Positions 26,070-32,170 of a DNA stretch of 32,170 nucleotides are shown one piece after another. The stretch is from a virus. Lineage: Duplodnaviria > Caudoviricetes. Under the pieces are notes generated by a model that was not told where the DNA came from, searched no databases, and saw nothing but the letters and a program-made list of their open reading frames with translations. The stretch lies in IMG/VR virus record IMGVR_UViG_3300043774_000051, positions 1 to 32,170 of that record. The stretch is one strand, 5' to 3'. Each line of letters opens with the position of its first letter. Position 1 is the first letter of the stretch. A program made the translations under genes and the position numbers.

Positions 26070-26100
26070 CAAAAGTAAAATAATTATTTAACTATGCAAA
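26070..26100 (-). promoter_or_regulatory. Bacteroidota housekeeping-type promoter (start of early region)
   Basis: TTTG (26097-26100), 19-nt spacer, TACTTTTG (26070-26077). Confidence 0.8.
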
Positions 26101-26142
26101 ATAAATATTTATGTATTGCGTAACTAACTGAAAAACAAAGGA

Positions 26143-26523
26143 TTATTTTTTTATAGTAAGGACTAAAACTGCTCCAAATAACGCAGCGAATAGTAACCAA
26201 TACCACTTAAAAGGATGCGGTTTGGGTTGAAGTGTAGGTATTTTGTAGGATTTGGTGATATAAATTGTGTCGCCAATGCAAGTTCCCTCTATGTAGGTAG
26301 TATCGTTTACTCGGTAATACTTGATTTGCAGCCTATCTTTTATGATAGTGACAGTATCGCCCTTGTAAACGAATGCTGTGTCTTTGCGGATAGTTTCGGT
26401 GCGTATAGTATCGTGCAACGTTACCTCTAATGTGTCGGTTGTGCAGAATTTCTCAATAGCACGTTTCTTTGTATAGCAACTTACCAGCGTAGTAAGGGCT
26501 AATAATATGTATAAATTTTTCAT
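26143..26523 (-). CDS. Putative unimolecular spanin
   Basis: Lipoprotein signal with lipobox LVSC, beta-rich DT-repeat middle, and C-terminal TM WYWLLFAALFGAVLVLTI-KK. Confidence 0.7.
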   Translation of the reverse strand: MKNLYILLALTTLVSCYTKKRAIEKFCTTDTLEVTLHDTIRTETIRKDTAFVYKGDTVTIIKDRLQIKYYRVNDTTYIEGTCIGDTIYITKSYKIPTLQPKPHPFKWYWLLFAALFGAVLVLTIKK

Positions 26524-26783
26524 TATTTAATAGTCTTTAATCCCCACATAAGATTTACCCAAAGCATTTCTTTTCTAGCTTGAACGTGAGTAATCTTTAA
26601 TTTCTTAGATAAATACTTTACGCCAAGTTCAATCCATTCGTGATTTTGCTCTAAAGTCATCGTGTATTCATTATACCAAGCATCTTGCCTGCCAACAACA
26701 TCTTCATAAGACACATTATGTTTGCTAATGGAAAACATTAGATTGATTAAATCAATAATAGCTTGTTTGCGCTTCTCGTTCAT
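26523..26783 (-). CDS. Hypothetical protein
   Basis: 86 aa, Trp-rich, coupled to both neighbours. Confidence 0.6.
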   Translation of the reverse strand: MNEKRKQAIIDLINLMFSISKHNVSYEDVVGRQDAWYNEYTMTLEQNHEWIELGVKYLSKKLKITHVQARKEMLWVNLMWGLKTIK

Positions 26784-27787
26784 CGTATCTTCTTATTGAT
26801 TATCTTCTTATTGTTAACCTCAAAGTCGCCCGTTTTAGGGTCTTTTGTAACGATTGCAAAGCCTTGATTGTGTTTAGATACTTGTGGGTTATAGTCTGGA
26901 GTTATCGTTGTCATTGCACCAATAGAAAAGCATCCTAATACGTTGCCATTCATATCCGACTCCATATGCTCAGAGGTTCTATGAACGTGGCTTATAAGTG
27001 TTGATGTGTTTGTTTTGGTAAACACTCCCCTTGCAGGGCTAACAGGTGCGAATATGCCCTTTACAATGTGGTGTCCGTGTGCAATGTTTAGTTTGCCAAA
27101 CTTCATAAACCTGTAATCTTGAACGTAATCTATTTTCATGTCTTCTAGCATCAATAACTTTTCTAACTTATTATTCAGATAAAGTTCAGGTGCTTGCCTT
27201 ATAACGTAATCTTCAATTCTCTTGTCGTGATTACCTGCATGAAATACTATTTTCACATCCATTACTTTTAGCATCCAAGCTAACAAGTTCTTAACTCCTT
27301 CAATCTGCTCCATTACTCGCATCTCGTTTGGTTTACTAACGAATCTTGATATGGTGTTGAAGTCTAAGCTATCTCCGTTTATAATTATGCAGTCTACGCC
27401 CTCATTAAAGCCGTATTCTAACGCTAAAGTTAAAGAGTCAATGTCTGTATAGGGATAATGAAAATCACCGACTACAAGTGCCTTATTATGGTTCTCTCCA
27501 AATATGTAAGGTGTTTTGTCTTCTTGGGTTCTTAGGTCTAAATCGTACTTAGCACGTTCAGCGTTTAACTTTTCTAGGAAGATTGGAATTTTATCTGCTA
27601 TTTGTTTGTATTTTTGTTGTCCAGATTTGCCTTGAACGTATCTGATAGAAGCCCTTGCATCCTCCAAGTCTTTAAACAACATTGGATATTTATTTAAAAG
27701 AACTTTTGCAAGCGTTCTATTTGTAGTAATTGTTGGGTTCTCCAACATTACCTCCTTAGTCAATTCTGATTTAGTCTTCTTCTTCAT
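26780..27787 (-). CDS. Calcineurin-like metallophosphoesterase
   Basis: GDFH, NGDSLD, GNHD, HGH and SHVH metal-binding motifs. Confidence 0.9.
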   Translation of the reverse strand: MKKKTKSELTKEVMLENPTITTNRTLAKVLLNKYPMLFKDLEDARASIRYVQGKSGQQKYKQIADKIPIFLEKLNAERAKYDLDLRTQEDKTPYIFGENHNKALVVGDFHYPYTDIDSLTLALEYGFNEGVDCIIINGDSLDFNTISRFVSKPNEMRVMEQIEGVKNLLAWMLKVMDVKIVFHAGNHDKRIEDYVIRQAPELYLNNKLEKLLMLEDMKIDYVQDYRFMKFGKLNIAHGHHIVKGIFAPVSPARGVFTKTNTSTLISHVHRTSEHMESDMNGNVLGCFSIGAMTTITPDYNPQVSKHNQGFAIVTKDPKTGDFEVNNKKIINKKIR

Positions 27788-28001
27788 GGGTTACGTCAAA
27801 TATTTCTGCGTGAATTTCCGAAATGTAATAGTCTAAAACGTCTAAAGCCTTGCGTTTGATTCTGTTCTTTTGCTCCTGCCCTTTCTTGTCGTATGGGTCA
27901 ACGTATTCAATGGCAGTTAAAGCAGAATGGCATTGATTAATTACCTCAGCCCTTGTGTCGTAATCTTCGTAGAATAATTCTTCCGCTTCTTCTTCTTCCA
28001 T
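27771..28001 (-). CDS. Small acidic hypothetical protein
   Basis: 76 aa with Glu-rich termini. Confidence 0.6.
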   Translation of the reverse strand: MEEEEAEELFYEDYDTRAEVINQCHSALTAIEYVDPYDKKGQEQKNRIKRKALDVLDYYISEIHAEIFDVTHEEED

Positions 28002-28002
28002 T

Positions 28003-28341
28003 CTACCTAATCAAAGTATAATAAATAGAAAACAATGCGCCCCAAACGATATACATAGCAAGTGCATACCAAGTAAACCCAAATATCACAATCAAAAAAG
28101 AAAGTATCATTATCATTTTTGCAAACTTGTACAACTCGGTAAACATCACTAGAACTGTGCCTGCTAATAATTCAGCTAACCAATCGGGAATAAACTGAGC
28201 CATCCAATCTGCAAAGGCGTGTTTTGTTTTCCATCCATCACGGCTAAACCACATTCCATATTTTGCAAACGAATCATTGCTCATTATGGCATCCATAACT
28301 GCGTTAGAGGCGATTGTAAGTACTAGTAGGAAGTAAATCAT
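28003..28341 (-). CDS. Multi-pass membrane protein
   Basis: 112 aa with 3-4 hydrophobic segments; ATGA-coupled to the holin. Confidence 0.65.
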   Translation of the reverse strand: MIYFLLVLTIASNAVMDAIMSNDSFAKYGMWFSRDGWKTKHAFADWMAQFIPDWLAELLAGTVLVMFTELYKFAKMIMILSFLIVIFGFTWYALAMYIVWGALFSIYYTLIR

Positions 28342-28718
28342 TCTGATTGAGATTTGCGTTGTAAGAATCCAAATAAGTTTTTAAGTAAATCAATGCCTGT
28401 AATTGCTTCAATGTTTTCTCTCATAGATTGCAACTCGCTTAAAGCAATCATTGCTATTACAGGCTTAACAAGTGGAATCTGGTCACCAAAATAAACCTCA
28501 CATAATCTAACTGCTGCGATTGCAACTAAGTAAGAAGATGCAGTATAAAACTTTTTAACCATTGCTCGGCTGCTTAATGTTCCTAGTTTATGGCTCTTTA
28601 TAATGCCTGTAATCCAATCGAACATAACCAAACCTCCCACAAGCAATAGAGAGGTTAAAATAGGGGTTAAATAGGCTAATAAGCCCGTTGTCAAATAGAC
28701 TAAGTATTTGTCTTTCAT
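28338..28718 (-). CDS. Holin (Phage_holin_4-like)
   Basis: Hydrophobic helices, DWITGI.K, SS..M and E..S..EN motifs; follows the endolysin. Confidence 0.85.
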   Translation of the reverse strand: MKDKYLVYLTTGLLAYLTPILTSLLLVGGLVMFDWITGIIKSHKLGTLSSRAMVKKFYTASSYLVAIAAVRLCEVYFGDQIPLVKPVIAMIALSELQSMRENIEAITGIDLLKNLFGFLQRKSQSE

Positions 28719-28719
28719 T

Positions 28720-29184
28720 TTACTTTGAGTAAGGGATATAAGTAGTTTTTCCGTTTACTTTCTTAGCAACCAATATTTGTTTACGTTGTGACCTATTTGC
28801 AGCGAAAGAAACGTGAACCCAGTCTGGATTAGTATCTGTTCCAAACTCCCAAATCATTTGGTCAAAATTTAAGTTTTCTTTAATGTAGTTAAATATCTGA
28901 GCGTTGGTAATGTCAGTTCCATCCATATCAATATCAATCGCTTCACCTGAGCAATGTTGGCTGGACAAACTTCCACTGATAGCCTTGTTGAGCTCTGCGC
29001 TTCTGTAACCTGAACTAATTATAATAGGTTTGCCAAAGTGTTCTCTGATTGGTTGAAATATATTTGCAGCTAACTTTTTAAAGTTTTCGATATGCTCTGG
29101 TGTTGGCATATTGCTTATGCCTCTACGTTTTGCGGTTTCGCTTCTAGTAACTTCGGCTAATGAAAGATTTGTACTTAATTGCAT
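28720..29184 (-). CDS. Endolysin, peptidase M15A family
   Basis: S.TA.R.GI.N.P, SSGYRS..LN, SQH..GEA.DID, FDQ.IWE and WVHVS motifs. Confidence 0.9.
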   Translation of the reverse strand: MQLSTNLSLAEVTRSETAKRRGISNMPTPEHIENFKKLAANIFQPIREHFGKPIIISSGYRSAELNKAISGSLSSQHCSGEAIDIDMDGTDITNAQIFNYIKENLNFDQMIWEFGTDTNPDWVHVSFAANRSQRKQILVAKKVNGKTTYIPYSK

Positions 29185-29187
29185 ATT

Positions 29188-29934
29188 TTATTTAGGTTGA
29201 TTATCTGAGGTTGCGTATTTGATACCCATAATAGTTCCGACTATTGAGAATGCGTTAGTTAATAATACACTAAACATATTACTCCAAGTTGAGCCGATTA
29301 TCTGAGTATCTTTATTTGAAAGAATAGCGAATGAATACATAATAGTTGTAATGAAGCCCACGCTCATTATGACAAATAAAGCACTTTTCACAATCACTTT
29401 TATAAGTTCGTTTTGGCTTTTCTTAATACTTGCGTCTAGGTCGTTTAAAGCCGCATCCTTTTCTATTTCAATCGCTTCTTTTAGCTTGTTTGAGTTCTCT
29501 AATTCTGCTTGTAAAGTTGCGGATAATTCATCAATCTTTTTTTTACTTACAACCATCTGAGAAATATCGGTTGCAATCTTCATTATTTTAGTGATGTTTC
29601 CGTCTTCATCAAAGATTGGGTTATAGGTAGCCTGCAAATAAATTGGGCTACCATCAATCTTCTTTCTTTCAAACTCTCCTTCGAAGAACTTTCCGCTTCT
29701 TAGAACCTCCCAAAACTTTACATATTCATCCGACTTACCATACTCGTAATCAACAAAGATAGAGTGATGCTTGCCAATTAGCTTGTCATGCTCATCTTCT
29801 TGAAAGCCCATAGCCTTTAAAAAGATTGCATTCACGCCAAGAATAAAGCCGTTAAGGTCAAAGTAAATAATAGCATTGCTGCGATTAATTGCTTCTAGTC
29901 TGCTTAAAAGTTCTTCTTTAGGTAAGTTTCTCAT
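29188..29934 (-). CDS. PAS domain / coiled coil / 2-TM membrane protein
   Basis: aa ~13-125 form a chemoreceptor-type PAS/PAC domain (AINRS, GKHHSIF, EY..FW..L..G, YNPI.D..G...K..K.ATDI); aa ~126-178 coiled coil; hydrophobic helices at ~184-205 and ~220-238. Confidence 0.9.
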   Translation of the reverse strand: MRNLPKEELLSRLEAINRSNAIIYFDLNGFILGVNAIFLKAMGFQEDEHDKLIGKHHSIFVDYEYGKSDEYVKFWEVLRSGKFFEGEFERKKIDGSPIYLQATYNPIFDEDGNITKIMKIATDISQMVVSKKKIDELSATLQAELENSNKLKEAIEIEKDAALNDLDASIKKSQNELIKVIVKSALFVIMSVGFITTIMYSFAILSNKDTQIIGSTWSNMFSVLLTNAFSIVGTIMGIKYATSDNQPK

Positions 29935-29935
29935 T

Positions 29936-30100
29936 TTACTTTACTACTTCTGCTTCTTCAGCACCTGATTCTTTGATTTGTGATTCAAACTCAGTTTTTA
30001 ATTTTAAGATTAAATCAATAGAATGTTTAGCAGGTAATTCAGCCAAACCTGAAAGAATCATCTGAGCCTCTTGCTCGCTTACGTTAATTGTTAGTTTCAT
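29936..30100 (-). CDS. Small protein, 54 aa (MKLTINVSEQEAQMILSGLAELPAK...), possible fibre chaperone
   Basis: Translated by hand; fills the gap and stops 1 nt before the PAS gene ATG. Confidence 0.7.
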   Translation of the reverse strand: MKLTINVSEQEAQMILSGLAELPAKHSIDLILKLKTEFESQIKESGAEEAEVVK

Positions 30101-30112
30101 GTGTGTTTTGGT

Positions 30113-30400
30113 TTATGGTATAATTGTAAATGTTACTTCTGGATAGTCGGCTTCTAAACCAGCTAATACTGCGTTTTGAATTTCCTCGAATGAAGGATTA
30201 GCTAAAGTGTACTCATAAGTTCCAATTTGAGCAACTGGGTTAAAACTTTCGGTTTCGCCTTGCGTTACAATTTTACCTACTTGAGCAACTCCAATAGTAG
30301 GCACAAACTTTGAACCTGAGTTCATGTAAACGTTGATTAATGGATTTGCATATTCCGTAACTCCATTTGAATCTTTGATGATTCCTAAACTTTGTATCAT
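30113..30400 (-). CDS. Hypothetical protein (possible tail fibre chaperone)
   Basis: 95 aa, directly downstream of the fibre gene. Confidence 0.55.
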   Translation of the reverse strand: MIQSLGIIKDSNGVTEYANPLINVYMNSGSKFVPTIGVAQVGKIVTQGETESFNPVAQIGTYEYTLANPSFEEIQNAVLAGLEADYPEVTFTIIP

Positions 30401-30422
30401 TTTTATATTTATTAAATTGTTT

Positions 30423-31238
30423 TTATTTAGCTACCCAACCTGTATTACCTGTTCCACTTTCTTTAACGTAAAAAGAAGTTCCTGCGCCACCGTCTGACCT
30501 CATAAATATAGAACCTACTGGAGCAGCAACTGCGCCTTCTGGAGTTCCAGCCCCTTGACAAACTGCTGGCTTTGATGTTGTGCCAAAGTGTATTTTAGAA
30601 AAATCATTTGCTGAATCATTTTGCAAAAGCATTTCACCATCATTTGGATTTTTAATCCTTAATCCACCACCTACTTTTACACCATTTGAACCACTAGCAA
30701 AACTAGCGTAACTTGCAAAAAAACCATCTATTCCAGTACAATTACCATCATTGTCAACTTTAAATCGAGTAGCAGTTCCTGCTCCATTTTGCAATAAAAT
30801 AATATCATTAGTCCCGTCACCCCTTACATGAAGTCTTGCGGTTGCGGCGGTTGTAGATTGCCCGATTGCAAATCCTGAAGTTGTAAGATTCATTAATGGT
30901 GTGCTTGGACCATTTATTGAAAAAAATAATCCAGTATTAGCGTTTAAATAAGTTTCACCGCTTCCCGATAATAAAGAAAAATTTGTAACATTTTTTACTG
31001 CAATTTTATTATCCCATATCCCCGAATAAACTCCACCAGTAGAATAAGGACCAAAAAAAAGCCCGCTTGTATCTGCAAAGGTCATTGCTAGATTTGTAGT
31101 ACTCAACTGCAACGGACTTGCATTCCCGTCACCATCCGTAACCGCTTGCAAAGTTCCCGACAAGTTGCCATTTAAGGTATTTAAGTTTAAAATACCTTTA
31201 TAATTTGTGCCAATGTTTTGACCTAATAAATTTGCCAT
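30423..31238 (-). CDS. Tail fibre / receptor-binding protein
   Basis: Gly/Thr/Asn-rich; V.DG.GN.SPL.LST N-terminus, A.LHV.G repeat unit, and C-terminal GTPEG.V.APVGS.F.R.DGGAGT..YVKE.GTGNTGW.AK. Confidence 0.75.
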   Translation of the reverse strand: MANLLGQNIGTNYKGILNLNTLNGNLSGTLQAVTDGDGNASPLQLSTTNLAMTFADTSGLFFGPYSTGGVYSGIWDNKIAVKNVTNFSLLSGSGETYLNANTGLFFSINGPSTPLMNLTTSGFAIGQSTTAATARLHVRGDGTNDIILLQNGAGTATRFKVDNDGNCTGIDGFFASYASFASGSNGVKVGGGLRIKNPNDGEMLLQNDSANDFSKIHFGTTSKPAVCQGAGTPEGAVAAPVGSIFMRSDGGAGTSFYVKESGTGNTGWVAK

Positions 31239-31254
31239 ATTTTTATTTTATTAA

Positions 31255-31380
31255 TTATCCCCAAGTTTCAGTTGTGGATGTTCCCCAATTTTGTGCCGTT
31301 GCTGTTCCCCAATTAAATGAAACAACTATTCCGCTTTCTGTAACCCTTAAAAAAGGTATGCCGATTCCAAAGCCTAGCAT
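31255..31380 (-). CDS. Micro-ORF, 41 aa, with WG repeats (MLGFGIGIPF...NWGTATAQNWGTSTTETWG)
   Basis: Translated by hand; starts 2 nt after the upstream stop; three WG units at 8-residue spacing. Confidence 0.7.
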   Translation of the reverse strand: MLGFGIGIPFLRVTESGIVVSFNWGTATAQNWGTSTTETWG

Positions 31381-31382
31381 AA

Positions 31383-31655
31383 TTATACCTCCCTGTATCC
31401 GTAACCAATAACTGAACCACTTGCAGGAGTTACATTTGCTATCGGGTCACCATTAAACATTGGAATCACTATTCCTGCGCTTAAAGTCTTACCTGATAAA
31501 CCATACTCGGTGATTAAGTTTTGACCTCCAGCAGTTGTTAAAGTGCTTAAAACGCAACTTGCATTAACTACTAAGCAGTAGAATCTATTTCCTGTACTTG
31601 CAGAATCAATGAACTTAATGCCATTGCCGCCTAAAATCTTGTTTGAATCTGTCAT
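31383..31655 (-). CDS. Small beta-rich virion-associated protein
   Basis: 90 aa ending in SGSVIGY; preceded by the late motif; heads the fibre cluster. Confidence 0.6.
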   Translation of the reverse strand: MTDSNKILGGNGIKFIDSASTGNRFYCLVVNASCVLSTLTTAGGQNLITEYGLSGKTLSAGIVIPMFNGDPIANVTPASGSVIGYGYREV

Positions 31656-31660
31656 ATTGT

Positions 31661-31668
31661 TAAATATT
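31661..31668 (-). promoter_or_regulatory. Putative late promoter motif AATATTTA-N5-ATG
   Basis: Ends 5 nt before the ATG at 31655. Confidence 0.65.
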
Positions 31669-31684
31669 ATTTTTTTATTTTATA

Positions 31685-32119
31685 CTAATTTGAAGGCACT
31701 GCACATTCGTTGTAAGTGCTTGGAATATTTATGGTAATGTTCGCAGTCCATCCGCTTACCTCATCGCCTTGTGAATCGCTGAATGGGTTTAAACTGATTG
31801 AATCTTGTATTAAATACACCTTACTTGGGTCACGAAGTTTGATAATTATGTCTTCAATTATTTGCAAGCAATCGCTCAACACATCGTTCTCGTTTGATAG
31901 GTCTTTTTTAACAATGTCCATTACCATAATTTGCAAGTTAACTGCAATCACTTTATAAGTAAAATTTGAAGGCGTTACATCAGCATAAAATACAGGATAC
32001 TGCATAGGAGATTCAGTTCCTAAGTCCGCAATGTCACCAAAGAAAAAGCTATTTATTTGCTCGTGGTTTGTTGCTATTGTTTGCAACTCGGCAATCAACT
32101 GATTTAAAGTGACCTTCAT
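31685..32119 (-). CDS. Putative tail terminator protein
   Basis: 144 aa acidic protein with H.QI..F..G, YP, MD, VLSD...I..D and PF......V.GW motifs; follows the adaptor gene across the circular junction. Confidence 0.6.
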   Translation of the reverse strand: MKVTLNQLIAELQTIATNHEQINSFFFGDIADLGTESPMQYPVFYADVTPSNFTYKVIAVNLQIMVMDIVKKDLSNENDVLSDCLQIIEDIIIKLRDPSKVYLIQDSISLNPFSDSQGDEVSGWTANITINIPSTYNECAVPSN

Positions 32120-32165
32120 ATTTCTTTACAAATTGTTTTAATTTCTCTACGTTACTTTTGTTTTT
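32040..32165. repeat. Terminal direct repeat, right copy
   Basis: Identical to 1-126; the last 5 nt (actgc) differ from 127-131 (gcttc). Confidence 0.95.
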
Positions 32166-32170
32166 ACTGC

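Noticed and set aside
31053-31060. T8 run (minus strand) in the tail fibre gene as a frameshift or phase-variation site
   Set aside because: The -1 frame stops after about 15 codons, and such runs are common in this AT-rich genome.
30423-31238. Diversity-generating retroelement or invertible tail fibre system
   Set aside because: I found no reverse transcriptase, invertase or duplicated template region.
887-31958. Plus-strand ORFs in the track (e.g. 887..1135, 6108..6425, 9316..9672, 29351..29560, 31205..31411)
   Set aside because: They are antisense shadows of well-supported minus-strand genes, with no recognisable motifs.
32040-32170. End repeat as a biological terminal repeat or att site
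   Set aside because: It cuts through a gene and its length fits an assembler overlap; the 5 mismatched final bases look like an end artefact.

Overview
The window is an apparently complete, circularly permuted genome of a tailed phage (about 32,039 bp unique; bases 1-126 recur at 32040-32165). The host is most likely a Bacteroidota member, judged from TTG-N19-TAnnTTTG promoters, the general lack of Shine-Dalgarno motifs, and DUF3127 and BT4734-type replication genes. Every credible gene is on the minus strand. Starting at the host-type promoter near 26,070, the order is: small early genes, recombination and replication genes (SSAP, YqaJ, SSB, MazG-like, DnaA-C, putative ori, primase-helicase, SF2 helicase, VRR-NUC), a phage sigma factor, two glycosyltransferases, terminase, tail and head morphogenesis genes in a non-lambdoid order, tail fibre genes, and an extended lysis region. 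I saw no integrase, DNA polymerase, tRNA or CRISPR array. The main candidate for a new system is a PAS sensor/coiled-coil/2-TM protein with no enzymatic output, lying directly upstream of the endolysin and holin (possible sensor-gated lysis). Other highlights: a WATATTTA-N5-ATG motif at six late genes, a structured leader RNA before the primase-helicase, an iteron-like repeat cluster, a -1 frameshifted tail chaperone, a portal-wHTH-MuF-like fusion, a u-spanin and several micro-ORFs missing from the ORF track. All protein calls come from motif recognition by eye; no database search was run.
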